From a virus (taxonomy: Duplodnaviria > Caudoviricetes): 41,378 nt of DNA. Below, piece after piece: positions 8,612-18,004 of the stretch. Numbering within the stretch: the stretch's first letter is position 1; each line of letters begins with the position of its first letter. The notes beneath the pieces are model-generated. The model did no database searches and was not told where the DNA came from. It saw only the letters and a program-made list of their open reading frames with translations. The position numbers were made by a program, and so were the translations under genes. Location of the stretch: the IMG/VR virus record IMGVR_UViG_3300030102_000576, positions 1 to 41,378 of that record; one strand, 5' to 3'.

Positions 8612-8642
8612 TGTTGCAGTAACAACAATATTATTATATTTT
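8612..8642 (+). promoter_or_regulatory. possible promoter overlapped by inverted repeat TGTTG-N6-CAACA
   Basis: TTGCAG (8614-8619), 17 nt, TATTTT (8637-8642); palindrome at 8612-8627; AT-rich intergenic gap. Confidence 0.35.
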
Positions 8643-8668
8643 TAAGGTAATTTATTTAAAATATTTCG

Positions 8669-8929
8669 ATGACACTTGCCCCAGTAAAAACTATTGTCGT
8701 AGGTGTTAATGAAACTGGTTACAGAGTTGGTTCTCACCATCACAACCACAACCCTAAAATTAGTGATGTGATAGTCGATGCATTGCGTGACCTACATGAA
8801 GATTATGGTATTGGTTATTCAACACTGGCCAAGATCTTTAATTTAAATAAACACACCATAGCCAAGATATGTCGTTATGAGCGAAGAGCACAGTACCCTG
8901 ACCGTTTCAAAACAATCAAAGTTAGGTAG
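8669..8929 (+). CDS. HTH DNA-binding protein
   Basis: LRDLHEDYGIGYSTLAKIFNLNKHTIAKICRYERR; sits just upstream of terS. Confidence 0.7.
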   Translation: MTLAPVKTIVVGVNETGYRVGSHHHNHNPKISDVIVDALRDLHEDYGIGYSTLAKIFNLNKHTIAKICRYERRAQYPDRFKTIKVR

Positions 8930-9356
8930 ACCCAAAGCAGTTCCTGATGAAAAAATTATGAATGAAGTAATCGATTGGATTGCTCATGGAAATACTTTGC
9001 GTTCTTATTGCAGGCAGAAAGGAAAACCATCTTGGAAAACTATTTATAGATGGCTAGAAAAGTCTGATGACGACTCAGAAACTAAATCTTTTATGACACG
9101 TTTCGCACACGCACGAGACATGGGAGCTGATGCAATAGCAGAAGAGTGCTTGGAAATAATTGATGCTCCCCCTCCTCTCTGCGGTTCTGAGGGCAATGAG
9201 AGGTACGATCCTGCTGCAATACAGCAAGCCAAGAATCGTGTAGAAGCCAGATTAAAACTCTTAGCAAAATGGAATCCCAAGAAGTATGGAGAGAAGGTTG
9301 GATTAGATCATTCTGGAGGAATATCATTGTCTGTGCATACTGGCGTACCTGAGTGA
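8877..9356 (+). CDS. terS: terminase small subunit (Sf6 gp1-like)
   Basis: GRP, IA.G.TLR, PSWKTIYRW, AREMGAD-like ARDMGADAIAEE, W.PKKYG; immediately precedes terL. Confidence 0.88.
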   Translation: MSEEHSTLTVSKQSKLGRPKAVPDEKIMNEVIDWIAHGNTLRSYCRQKGKPSWKTIYRWLEKSDDDSETKSFMTRFAHARDMGADAIAEECLEIIDAPPPLCGSEGNERYDPAAIQQAKNRVEARLKLLAKWNPKKYGEKVGLDHSGGISLSVHTGVPE

Positions 9357-10702
9357 GAATGCCTTTATTAAAGCTTCAGTATCAGCCAAGGCTATGGCAG
9401 CGTCAGTGCCATCTTCTACATCGTAAAACTAGATTCCTGACTCTGGCAGTTCACAGACGCTCTGGCAAGACGGAGTTGGCCTTGATGACCCTGATTGATC
9501 ATGCGTTAAAAACAACCAAAGAACTAAGCTTATATCTGTACGTAGCCCCCCTCCTAAAACAATCGAAAGCTATTGCATGGGTGAGATTGAAAGCAAAGTG
9601 TGAGCCACTGCGTAGGGTCAATGCAATAGAGATCAACGAGGGTGAGCTGTACATACGTTTTAAACACAATGGTGCAATCATCAGACTATATGGAGCTGAC
9701 AATCCAGATTCGATACGTGGATTACGTGTATCAGGAGCAATCCTAGATGAGGTAGCTCAGATGAAACCAGAGGTGTTCTATGACATCTTGCAGCCTGCAT
9801 TATCTGACTTAGCACCTGAGTCATTCTGTCTGTTTATTGGTACACCACAGGGCATCAATATCTTCTCTGAATTGTTCTACAAAGGACTAGGCAATGATGA
9901 GGGATGGGCTAGTGCCAGATTCACAGTGCATGACACACAATCAATACGGCAGGAGGAGGTAGAGAGATTGCAGAGGGATATGCCAGAGCAATCCTTTGCA
10001 AGAGAATATCTATGTGACTTCTCAGCTAGTGGCGTAGATCAGTTGGTGTCTCTGGGTGATGCAGAAGACGCTGCAAAGCGTGTGTATCAAGCAGCAGATG
10101 TAAAGCATAGTCCAACAATTCTAGGGGTCGACATAGCTAGATTCGGAGATGACCGTTCAGTCGTATTCAAAAGGCAGGGCAAGCAAGCATTCAAACCAAT
10201 CATCTATCGAGGTGTAGACAACATGGACTTGGCAGCTCGTGTAGCCAATCTGATCGAGGAGCACAATCCTGATGCTGTGTTCTGTGATAGTGGTGCAGGA
10301 GGTGGTGTCATCGATAGACTCAGACAACTCTCATACGATGTGATAGAGATACCATTTGGTGGCAAGGCAACAAAACCAGAAAAGTACATCAACCGTAGAA
10401 CTGAGATGTGGTATCTGATGAAGGAATGGATAGAGATGGGAGGTGCAATACCAAACGACATGGCACTCAAACAAGAGTTAGCTACACCCACATATTGGTT
10501 TGACAATCAGGGTAGGAAAGTCTTGGAATCTAAGGATCAAATCAAGAAGAGATTGCAGGGAGCAGGGTCACCTGATTTAGCGGATGCACTAGCTCTAACC
10601 TTTGCCCTACCAGTAGCCAAGAAAGAGATGGAGGACATATACATCAAAAGGCGAAGAGAAGCCACACAAAAGAAAGATTATGACCCATACAAAATACTTT
10701 AA
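9353..10702 (+). CDS. terL: terminase large subunit
   Basis: Walker A HRRSGKT, Walker B ILDE, coupling motif GTP, REYLCDF, nuclease motifs GVDIARFGDD and SPDLADALAL. Confidence 0.95.
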   Translation: MRMPLLKLQYQPRLWQRQCHLLHRKTRFLTLAVHRRSGKTELALMTLIDHALKTTKELSLYLYVAPLLKQSKAIAWVRLKAKCEPLRRVNAIEINEGELYIRFKHNGAIIRLYGADNPDSIRGLRVSGAILDEVAQMKPEVFYDILQPALSDLAPESFCLFIGTPQGINIFSELFYKGLGNDEGWASARFTVHDTQSIRQEEVERLQRDMPEQSFAREYLCDFSASGVDQLVSLGDAEDAAKRVYQAADVKHSPTILGVDIARFGDDRSVVFKRQGKQAFKPIIYRGVDNMDLAARVANLIEEHNPDAVFCDSGAGGGVIDRLRQLSYDVIEIPFGGKATKPEKYINRRTEMWYLMKEWIEMGGAIPNDMALKQELATPTYWFDNQGRKVLESKDQIKKRLQGAGSPDLADALALTFALPVAKKEMEDIYIKRRREATQKKDYDPYKIL

Positions 10703-11240
10703 ACGCATAGCACAAGGGCTAGATGTAGAGCCATTGCTTAAATTATTGGATGCCAAACCTGAGTTATGGAAGGAGATACAACATCGTCAATTCTTTACTG
10801 GCACACCACATCGTGATACGGAAACTATCTACGTCAGAGGACCTCTCAAGATGACTCCTTACTACGTGATGTATGACCTCGGATCGTATGACTACCCATC
10901 AATGGAGTACTTCAAGTCAGCACTACTACCACTAATGCAACCAGTACTACAGAAATTAGACGTTAAAGACTTAGGTAGGTTACTTATTGTCAATCTCAAA
11001 CCTAGTGGCCATGTAAAGAAACATAATGATCAAGGTACATATGCAGATCACTACGCCAGATTTCATTTAGTACTAAAGACAAACCAGTGGTGTAGTCAAA
11101 CTTGTGGGGATGAGAAACAAAAGTTTGAAGCAGGAGAGGTTTGGTGGTTCAACCATAAGAAAGACCATACAGCGGACAATATTGGCACGACAGACAGAGT
11201 GCATATAATATTTGATTGTGTAACCAATTATTTATTATGA
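10680..11240 (+). CDS. aspartyl/asparaginyl beta-hydroxylase-like 2OG-Fe(II) dioxygenase
   Basis: LKPSGHVKKHND (HxD), RFHLVL, GEVWWFNHKKDH (distal His), DRVHIIFD. Confidence 0.85.
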   Translation: MTHTKYFKRIAQGLDVEPLLKLLDAKPELWKEIQHRQFFTGTPHRDTETIYVRGPLKMTPYYVMYDLGSYDYPSMEYFKSALLPLMQPVLQKLDVKDLGRLLIVNLKPSGHVKKHNDQGTYADHYARFHLVLKTNQWCSQTCGDEKQKFEAGEVWWFNHKKDHTADNIGTTDRVHIIFDCVTNYLL

Positions 11241-11746
11241 GTGGTGTGACCGTAACTAAAGAATCTGCTTGTACATTAAACAAAAGTAGAGTACCTAAAA
11301 CAGAGATTAAACTCTGCACCTACGATGAATTTGTTGTTTTAGCAGATCCATTATTTGAAGAGCATTACGAAGAGATTGCTCGCAACAAACAGATAATGAA
11401 GCTAAAGCCAAACTACAAGCTGTATGAAGCATTAGATTCTACAGGTTGGTTATTCATCTATGTAGCTATGCAAGACGATGTCTGTATTGGTTATTCTATG
11501 AACATAATGATGCATCACTTGCATTATGCTGATCTACGTATCGCTCAGAATGACATTTTGTTTGTCAAAAAAGAGTTCAGAGGTGGTCGATTAGGTTTAC
11601 GTTTGTTGAAAGTCACAGAGGATCATGCCAGATCTGAGGGCTGCAAACTAATGTTATGGCACGCTAAAGAGAACACCGCTTTGGCAAAGCTGCTACCAAA
11701 ACTAAAGTATGGTGTTCAAGAAATCATGTATTCCAAGGAGATTTAA
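11237..11746 (+). CDS. GNAT-family acetyltransferase
   Basis: LFVKKEFRGGRLGLRLLK acetyl-CoA motif A; ATG 11237 is coupled (ATGA) to the hydroxylase stop. Confidence 0.85.
   Translation: MSGVTVTKESACTLNKSRVPKTEIKLCTYDEFVVLADPLFEEHYEEIARNKQIMKLKPNYKLYEALDSTGWLFIYVAMQDDVCIGYSMNIMMHHLHYADLRIAQNDILFVKKEFRGGRLGLRLLKVTEDHARSEGCKLMLWHAKENTALAKLLPKLKYGVQEIMYSKEI
11244..11277 (+). promoter_or_regulatory. late-promoter-like motif, copy 1
   Basis: GTGTGACCGTAA (11244-11255), 16 nt, TACATT (11272-11277). Confidence 0.7.
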
Positions 11747-11748
11747 AA

Positions 11749-12063
11749 ATGGTAGTTTCAGCCGTTGTCGCCACAGTTGCAAGTACTGCAAGCTCGTACA
11801 TACAGGGTAAGAAGCAGGAAAGAATGCAAAAGAAACAGTTGGCAGCTCAAGAAGCAGCTAATAAAAAAGCAGCAGCTCAAGCTGACGCACAACAGCAACA
11901 GGCTGATCAGGAATACAACAAAGCTAACCAAAAGAAAGTTGATACAGCAGGAATTATGGGTAGATCTAGTCAAGGAGAAGGCGGTTCTACATTACTTACT
12001 GGTCAGCAAGGTGTAGATCCTGAGAAGTTAAAACTAGGTGGTAACACATTATTGGGCGGTTAA
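11749..12063 (+). CDS. small virion-associated protein upstream of portal (T7 gp7.3-like position)
   Basis: A/Q-rich with STLLTG...TLLGG C-terminus; GGAG RBS; conserved position in podoviruses. Confidence 0.65.
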   Translation: MVVSAVVATVASTASSYIQGKKQERMQKKQLAAQEAANKKAAAQADAQQQQADQEYNKANQKKVDTAGIMGRSSQGEGGSTLLTGQQGVDPEKLKLGGNTLLGG

Positions 12064-12066
12064 TCA

Positions 12067-13749
12067 ATGAAAACCAAACGAGCTAAACTACTGACGAGGT
12101 GGGGTCATCTCAGATCAGAGAGGGCTACTTGGTGGTCGCATTGGCAAGAAATAACAACCTATTTATTACCAAGGAACGGACGTTATTTTGAGCAAGATAG
12201 AAATAAAGGGCATAGAAGACATAACTCTATATACGACAACACTGGTACAAGAGCATTAAGAACTCTTGGTGCAGGCATGATGGCAGGTGCAACATCTCCT
12301 GCAAGACCTTGGTTTAGACTTGGAACGGCAGATCCTGACTTAAATAAGTATCCACCAGTGCAAGCGTGGTTGGCAGATACAACAGAACGTATGCAATTAG
12401 TGTTTACAAGGTCTAATACATACAGAACATTACATGGAATCTACGAAGAACTGGGAGCATTTGGTACGGCAGGTTCTATTGTTCTCCCTGATGCCAAAAA
12501 TGCTATACATCATTACGCTTTAACTACAGGTGAGTATGCAATTGCTACAGATTATCAGGGCAGAGTTAATACTTTGTACAGAGAATTTCAAAAAACTGTT
12601 AGTGAAGTAGTTAGAGAGTTTGGATATAACAAATGTTCAACGTCTGTTAAAAACTTGTACGACAGAGGTTCATTAGATCAGTGGATAACAATCATTCATG
12701 CTATAGAACCAAGGGATGATAGAGAGCGTGACTTTAGTAAGAAGGATAATTTAAACATGAAATACAAGTCTTGTTATTTTGAACAGGGCGGTGAAGGAGA
12801 ACAGGTATTAAGAGAAAGTGGATTTAAAGATTTTCCTGCGGTTGTACCCAGATGGGGTTTAGCAGGTGGCGATATCTATGGTAATTCACCAGGAATGGAA
12901 GCATTAGGTGACGTAAAACAGCTACAACATGAGCAATTACGTAAGGCACAAAGCATTGACTACCAAACAAAGCCACCATTACAAGTACCTAGCTACCTAA
13001 AAAACCGTGACGTAGACAGTCTTCCTGGTGGTGTAACCTTTGTAGACGGCCAACAAGGCAAGATTGAGACAGCATTTGCTGTAAATTTAAACCTTCAACA
13101 CCTACTACAAGACATACAAGACGTAAGAAGTCGCATCAATAGTTCGTTTTATGCTGATTTATTTCTTATGTTGGCCAATGCAACCGATACACGCATGACT
13201 GCAACAGAGGTAGCAGAGCGTCACGAAGAAAAATTACTTATGTTAGGTCCTGTTTTAGAACGATTACACAATGAATTGCTAGATCCTTTAATAGATAACA
13301 CGTTTAACAGGATGATAGAAGCAGGATTAGTACCACCTGCACCAGAAGAATTGCAAGGTATGGACTTAAATGTTGAGTTTGTGTCAATGCTTGCCCAAGC
13401 ACAACGTGCGATTGGTACAAATAGCGTAGATAGATATACAAATAGTCTTGGTATGGTTGCACAATTTAAGCCAGATGTACTGGATAAGTTTGATTCTGAC
13501 AAATGGGCTAACGCTTATGGTGAAATGTTAGGTATTGATCCTGATTTAATTGTGCCTGATAAGCAAGTAGCGTTGATAAGACAGCAACGTGCAGAAGCAC
13601 AGCAGGCAGCAGCACAGCGAGAAGCACAGCAACAAGGTATAGATAACGCAGTCAAGCTAAATAATAGTAAGCAAACTCAAGATCCATCTATGATGGACAT
13701 GATAAACCAGTTTAGTGGTTACAATTCACCATCACCTTTGGAGGTATAA
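12067..13749 (+). CDS. portal (head-tail connector) protein
   Basis: SPARPWFRL, YGNSPGMEAL, MTATEVAERHEEK...LGPVLERL; T7 gp8/BPP-1 type; 560 aa. Confidence 0.95.
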   Translation: MKTKRAKLLTRWGHLRSERATWWSHWQEITTYLLPRNGRYFEQDRNKGHRRHNSIYDNTGTRALRTLGAGMMAGATSPARPWFRLGTADPDLNKYPPVQAWLADTTERMQLVFTRSNTYRTLHGIYEELGAFGTAGSIVLPDAKNAIHHYALTTGEYAIATDYQGRVNTLYREFQKTVSEVVREFGYNKCSTSVKNLYDRGSLDQWITIIHAIEPRDDRERDFSKKDNLNMKYKSCYFEQGGEGEQVLRESGFKDFPAVVPRWGLAGGDIYGNSPGMEALGDVKQLQHEQLRKAQSIDYQTKPPLQVPSYLKNRDVDSLPGGVTFVDGQQGKIETAFAVNLNLQHLLQDIQDVRSRINSSFYADLFLMLANATDTRMTATEVAERHEEKLLMLGPVLERLHNELLDPLIDNTFNRMIEAGLVPPAPEELQGMDLNVEFVSMLAQAQRAIGTNSVDRYTNSLGMVAQFKPDVLDKFDSDKWANAYGEMLGIDPDLIVPDKQVALIRQQRAEAQQAAAQREAQQQGIDNAVKLNNSKQTQDPSMMDMINQFSGYNSPSPLEV

Positions 13750-13752
13750 CTA

Positions 13753-14118
13753 ATGGACATGATCGATTTAAAAAAAGATCCATCATCTAATAATCAAAAT
13801 GAGATGTATGATGAACCGATGTATAGCTACGGTTTGTGCATATCACTTGGCGATGAAGAACTAGAAAAATTAGGTATAGAAAAGTTACCAGAAGCAGGTA
13901 GCGAGATGTTGATAAAGGCTATGGCGTATGTAAAGAATGTTAGCGAAAGAAAAGAACAGGAAGGCGTGAGCCAAAATGTTGAGCTACAAATTTGTGCAAT
14001 GGGTATAGAAACTATTGACAAGAGCAAAGACAGAGCTGAAGGTTTGTATAGCAAAAAATCAGCTCCTTCTGCACCTCCCAAGGAGCCATCTGCTCCAACC
14101 TCAACTTATTTAGCATAG
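13753..14118 (+). CDS. probable capsid-associated (staple-like) protein
   Basis: YSYGLCISL...LEKLG...LP..G...VELQI pattern recalled from epsilon15-like phages; GGAGG RBS. Confidence 0.5.
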   Translation: MDMIDLKKDPSSNNQNEMYDEPMYSYGLCISLGDEELEKLGIEKLPEAGSEMLIKAMAYVKNVSERKEQEGVSQNVELQICAMGIETIDKSKDRAEGLYSKKSAPSAPPKEPSAPTSTYLA

Positions 14119-14127
14119 GAGATCGCT

Positions 14128-14265
14128 ATGGGCTTAATGAAAAACCTCGAAAAAAAGAAAGCTGCTGAAGCCAAAACAAAACTACAAGTTGGTGGTTATG
14201 GCAAGCTAAATGCAAAAGAAAAAGAGTTGCTTAAAAAGTATTACCCAAATTCAAACATGAATTGA
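14128..14265 (+). CDS. small basic protein (45 aa)
   Basis: Manual translation MGLMKNLEKKKAAEAKTKLQVGGYGKLNAKEKELLKKYYPNSNMN; AGGAG RBS. Confidence 0.7.
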   Translation: MGLMKNLEKKKAAEAKTKLQVGGYGKLNAKEKELLKKYYPNSNMN

Positions 14266-14267
14266 TT

Positions 14268-14423
14268 ATGAGTTTATACGAAAACATTCACGCAAAACGC
14301 AAAAGAATCAAGGCAGGTTCTGGCGAGAAAATGAAAAAAAAAGGTCAGAAAGGTAGACCTACTGCAAAAGATTTTGAAAATGCAGCTAAGACTGCAAAGA
14401 AAATGTACCCAAATCAGAAATAG
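14268..14423 (+). CDS. small highly basic protein (51 aa)
   Basis: Manual translation MSLYENIHAKRKRIKAGSGEKMKKKGQKGRPTAKDFENAAKTAKKMYPNQK; resembles a peptide family recalled from aquatic phages. Confidence 0.75.
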   Translation: MSLYENIHAKRKRIKAGSGEKMKKKGQKGRPTAKDFENAAKTAKKMYPNQK

Positions 14424-14457
14424 GTGTGACCGTAATCCTGTTATAACTCGATATATT
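14424..14457 (+). promoter_or_regulatory. late-promoter-like motif, copy 2
   Basis: GTGTGACCGTAA (14424-14435), 16 nt, TATATT (14452-14457); ATG follows 5 nt later. Confidence 0.75.
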
Positions 14458-14462
14458 AGAGC

Positions 14463-14807
14463 ATGAGCGATTACAATCCCCTCGATCTTAAGAGTCAACA
14501 GAAGACTAAAGACGATAAAAAGTCTTTGGAACGAATTGATAAACAGAACGAGGAATCGGACATAAAATGGCTTATGAGCAGCAAGAGGGGTCGCAGATTT
14601 ATCTGGAGACTTCTGGAACTGGCAGGTGTATTTCGATCATCGTTTAACACCAACGCAATGGCTATGTCATTTAGCGAAGGTAACAGGAACTATGGTTTGC
14701 AACTCCTTAACCAAATCCACACTCTCTGCCCAGAATTGTATCCGACTATGATTAAGGAGCAAAAAAATGTCAGAAATGCTGATGACGGAAGCCGACCAAC
14801 CCAATGA
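14463..14807 (+). CDS. Bbp19-like conserved head-module protein
   Basis: LMSSKRGRRFIWRLL...F..SF......FSEG.RN.GL; located before the scaffold. Confidence 0.75.
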   Translation: MSDYNPLDLKSQQKTKDDKKSLERIDKQNEESDIKWLMSSKRGRRFIWRLLELAGVFRSSFNTNAMAMSFSEGNRNYGLQLLNQIHTLCPELYPTMIKEQKNVRNADDGSRPTQ

Positions 14808-15420
14808 AGGCGACACGCAGCAACCTGTAGATCAATCTACAGATACAGAGCAGCAAACTGAAAGTGTACAGGAACAACAAGTTTCGGATGAAACCGCTGT
14901 TGAAAGTGAAACTAGCGAGACAGATGCTCCACAAGGTGCACCTGATCAATACGAGTTCAACGATACGGTGGCTGACGCACCAGAGGTACTCGACCCCGAA
15001 GTCTTAACTGCATTCGGTGAAGTCGCTAAAGATCTGAACCTGCCACAAGAGGATGCACAAAAAGTATTAGATAAGGTTGCTCCTGTAATACAGGAAAGAC
15101 AAGCCAAAGAACTAGAGCGAGTGCAAGCCGAATGGGCTAATGAATCTAAATCAGACAGTGAGTTTGGTGGTGAAGCATTAAGTGACAATATCGGTGTTGC
15201 AAAAACTGCCTTAGATACTTTTGGTACTGATGCTTTAAAGTCGCTGCTACAGGAAACAGGCTTTGGAAATCACCCTGAGATTATCAGGTTTATGTACAGA
15301 GCAGGTAAGGCAATCAGTGAAGATAGTTATGTTGGAAATTCTACAGGTGCTAATTCTCAAGGCATTCCTAAAGATTTCAACGGCATAGCTAATGCACTGT
15401 ATTCTAATCAGCAAAAATAG
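14767..15420 (+). CDS. capsid scaffolding/assembly protein
   Basis: Acidic disordered N-terminus, APDQYEF, GFGNHPEIIR, ISED, C-terminal ANALY; directly upstream of the capsid gene. Confidence 0.8.
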   Translation: MSEMLMTEADQPNEGDTQQPVDQSTDTEQQTESVQEQQVSDETAVESETSETDAPQGAPDQYEFNDTVADAPEVLDPEVLTAFGEVAKDLNLPQEDAQKVLDKVAPVIQERQAKELERVQAEWANESKSDSEFGGEALSDNIGVAKTALDTFGTDALKSLLQETGFGNHPEIIRFMYRAGKAISEDSYVGNSTGANSQGIPKDFNGIANALYSNQQK

Positions 15421-15434
15421 TAAGGAGTTATTAA

Positions 15435-16454
15435 ATGGCTACTCTCTCAAGTTCTAATTTAACCCTAGCGGATTGGGCAAAAAGATCTGACCCAGACGGT
15501 AGAGTTCCAATCGTTGCAGAACTGTTATCACAGTCAAACGAAATCCTAGATGACTGCGTTTTTAAAGAAGGTAATCTACCTACTGGAGAACGTGTAGTTA
15601 TCAGAACAGGTCTACCAGGCGTTTACTGGAGGGCACTTAACCAAGGTATTCCATCAAGCAAGTCAACAACAGCTCAGATTGATGAAGCTTGCGGAATTCT
15701 AGAAGCACGTTCTGAAGTTGACAAAGACTTGGCAATGTTAAATGGTAACACTGCTCAGTTCCGTTTATCTGAAGATACAGCTTTCTTAGAAGCAATGAAC
15801 CAGACACAAGCTGAGACAATGTTCTACGGCAACCCTGGTACAGATCCTAAGAAGTTTCTAGGTCTTGGGCCAAGATATGGTGACTTATCAGCAGACAATG
15901 CTGTTAACATCCTTGACGCAGGTGGATCAGGTTCAGATAATGCTTCTGTATATCTAGTTGTTTGGGGTGATAACACTGTTTATTGTCCTTTCCCTAAAGG
16001 ATCTAAAGCAGGTTTAACACACGAAGATCTAGGCGAACAAACTGTTTACAACAGTGACGGTACAAGACTACAAGCTTTTGCTACTCGTTATCAGTGGAAG
16101 AACGGTTTGGTTGTTAAAGATTGGAGATACGTTGTTCGTATTTGTAACATTGACATTTCTGACTTACTAGGAAGCACAGGTACACAAGCTTCTTCTGCAT
16201 CTACAGCTCTTGTTAAATTAATGGCTAGAGCATTGTACAGAATACCAAACATGGCTATGGGTAGAGCAGCATTCTATATGAACAGAACAGTTCATTCTGG
16301 ATTGTCTATTGCTGCACTCGATAAGTCACAAAACGTCCTATCAATCCAAGAAGGATTAAAGCAGTTTGGTACAGCACAAAGCTATCTATCATTCCTAGGT
16401 GTTCCTCTAAGAAGAGTCGATGCGTTGATCAACTCTGAAGCTCGTGTGACTTAA
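15435..16454 (+). CDS. major capsid protein (BPP-1/epsilon15 type, HK97 fold)
   Basis: LTLADWAKR, ELLSQSNEILDD, RTGLP..WR..NQG, GL.VKDWRYVVRICNID, FLGVPLRRVDAL; TAAGGAG RBS. Confidence 0.93.
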   Translation: MATLSSSNLTLADWAKRSDPDGRVPIVAELLSQSNEILDDCVFKEGNLPTGERVVIRTGLPGVYWRALNQGIPSSKSTTAQIDEACGILEARSEVDKDLAMLNGNTAQFRLSEDTAFLEAMNQTQAETMFYGNPGTDPKKFLGLGPRYGDLSADNAVNILDAGGSGSDNASVYLVVWGDNTVYCPFPKGSKAGLTHEDLGEQTVYNSDGTRLQAFATRYQWKNGLVVKDWRYVVRICNIDISDLLGSTGTQASSASTALVKLMARALYRIPNMAMGRAAFYMNRTVHSGLSIAALDKSQNVLSIQEGLKQFGTAQSYLSFLGVPLRRVDALINSEARVT

Positions 16455-16499
16455 TAGTTACTGAGTTTATAATTTTATTTTTTTGGAGATTATCACAAA

Positions 16500-16931
16500 A
16501 TGATTACTGACAAACTGCTCCGTGTGAGCGAAGATCAAGCGGTTACATCTACTGCTGTTTCTACTGACACTATTGATTTAGTAGTTGCTAGAGATATCGG
16601 TGAAGGTACACCACTATATATGAACTTTGCTGTAACAACTGCAATGGCAGGTGGTACAAGCATTAAGTTTGAGGTTATTACAAGTGCTAATGCTAACTTG
16701 TCTAGCCCAACTGTTATTGGTAGCAGCGATGCAATCACAACAGCTAACCTAACACTAGGCAAAAACGTAGTTGTACGTCTAAACCCAGAGATCGCAGGCA
16801 AGGGCCAAAGATACTTAGGTGCAAGATACACAGTGTCTGGTACTTATTCTGGTGGTAAAATTACAGCAGACATAGTAGAGACTATCGGTGACGGTAGAAA
16901 GTACTATGCTTCTGGCTTTACCGTAGTATAA
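16500..16931 (+). CDS. capsid cement/decoration protein (Bbp16-like)
   Basis: MITD.LL..S..QAVT..AVSTDTIDL...DIGEG, RYLGARYTV; follows the capsid gene. Confidence 0.8.
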   Translation: MITDKLLRVSEDQAVTSTAVSTDTIDLVVARDIGEGTPLYMNFAVTTAMAGGTSIKFEVITSANANLSSPTVIGSSDAITTANLTLGKNVVVRLNPEIAGKGQRYLGARYTVSGTYSGGKITADIVETIGDGRKYYASGFTVV

Positions 16932-16944
16932 TTAGGAGTGATCG

Positions 16945-17241
16945 ATGCCAATTTACAAAGCTAAAATCAAATGTTTTGTGGACAATAGTCTACGTGAAGC
17001 AGGCGAAGAGTTTGAGTATAACGGTGAGTATTGCAAGCATTTAGAGTTAGTAGGTGGATCAAAAGCTGAACTGCCTGTGGCGTCAAACACAACCGTGGAT
17101 TCGGTAGACGATACATCTATTGACTATGAAGCTATGACAAAACGCCAGTTAGAGGAATATGGTCGCACTATCGGCATTGAGCTAGATAGACGAGCTACAA
17201 AAGTTTCTCTAATAGAAAAACTTGAAGCAGCAAGTAAATAG
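16945..17241 (+). CDS. hypothetical head-module protein with C-terminal HeH/SAP-like helix pair
   Basis: AMTKRQLEEYGRTIGIELDRRATKVSLIEKL; AGGAG RBS. Confidence 0.6.
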   Translation: MPIYKAKIKCFVDNSLREAGEEFEYNGEYCKHLELVGGSKAELPVASNTTVDSVDDTSIDYEAMTKRQLEEYGRTIGIELDRRATKVSLIEKLEAASK

Positions 17242-17269
17242 GCTCGGTCTTCTTATTTGACTATTCATG

Positions 17270-17304
17270 GGGGGCTAGTAGTAACACTGCTAACCTCCTC
17301 TTTT
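17270..17304 (+). terminator. probable intrinsic terminator after the head genes
   Basis: GGGGGCTAGTAGT-AAC-ACTGCTAACCTCC stem (G-U pairs, one mismatch) followed by TCTTTT. Confidence 0.55.
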
Positions 17305-17317
17305 ATTAGGAATTGTT

Positions 17318-18001
17318 ATGGCAACCGAAGTCGATATTTGCAACCTTGCCCTTGCACACTTGGGTGACGATGCAACAATAGCTTCTATAAAACCCCCAGA
17401 GGGATCAGCTCAAGCTGAGAAAGCTGCACGATTTTATCCAATAGCTAGAGATACATTGTTAGATTCTCATACATGGAATTTTGCAATGAAACGTGCGACT
17501 ATACCATTGACTACTAATACATTAGACCAATGGGATTATGCATATACAGCACCCATTGATATGTTGTCGCCTATATCTATAATCTCTCCAACAGCCCAAA
17601 ACGACTACGCTACAAGAATGTCGGCAGGCGATACACCAGGTGGCATAACATCTAACTACGCACCAACAATAGTTGCAGGTCAATATACTCCACAACAGTT
17701 TGCATTAGAAACAGATGCAAATGGTTTGACTTTAATTTATACAAATCAAGAAAATGCTTTGTTGCGATACACGGCATACGTCAGTGACCCATCTAAGTTT
17801 TCACCTTTGTATGTAATTACTTTGTCATGGCATCTTGCGTCTATGCTTGCAGGTCCTGTAATCAAAGGTGATCAAGGTATGGCAGAAGCAAAACGATGTA
17901 CTCAAATGATGAATAATTATTTAGTACAGGCAAAACAACAAGACAATATGCAACGAGATATAAGCATAGAACATATAGTGCCTTGGACATCTGGGAGGTA
18001 A
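17318..18001 (+). CDS. tail tubular protein A (adaptor)
   Basis: VDICNLALAHLG, H.WNFA.KR, W.YAY..P.D, LAS.LA; position. Confidence 0.85.
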   Translation: MATEVDICNLALAHLGDDATIASIKPPEGSAQAEKAARFYPIARDTLLDSHTWNFAMKRATIPLTTNTLDQWDYAYTAPIDMLSPISIISPTAQNDYATRMSAGDTPGGITSNYAPTIVAGQYTPQQFALETDANGLTLIYTNQENALLRYTAYVSDPSKFSPLYVITLSWHLASMLAGPVIKGDQGMAEAKRCTQMMNNYLVQAKQQDNMQRDISIEHIVPWTSGR

Positions 18002-18004
18002 TTA

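Noticed and set aside
11765-12016. 83-aa same-strand alternate-frame ORF (also 35019-35204)
   Set aside because: No RBS or convincing start; low-complexity host frames readily leave an alternate frame open, unlike the 27401 case.
16444-16475. GTGTGACTTAAT at the capsid stop with a nearby TATAAT
   Set aside because: Only 7 leading bases match and the spacing differs from the invariant 16 nt; explained by the codons R-V-T-stop.
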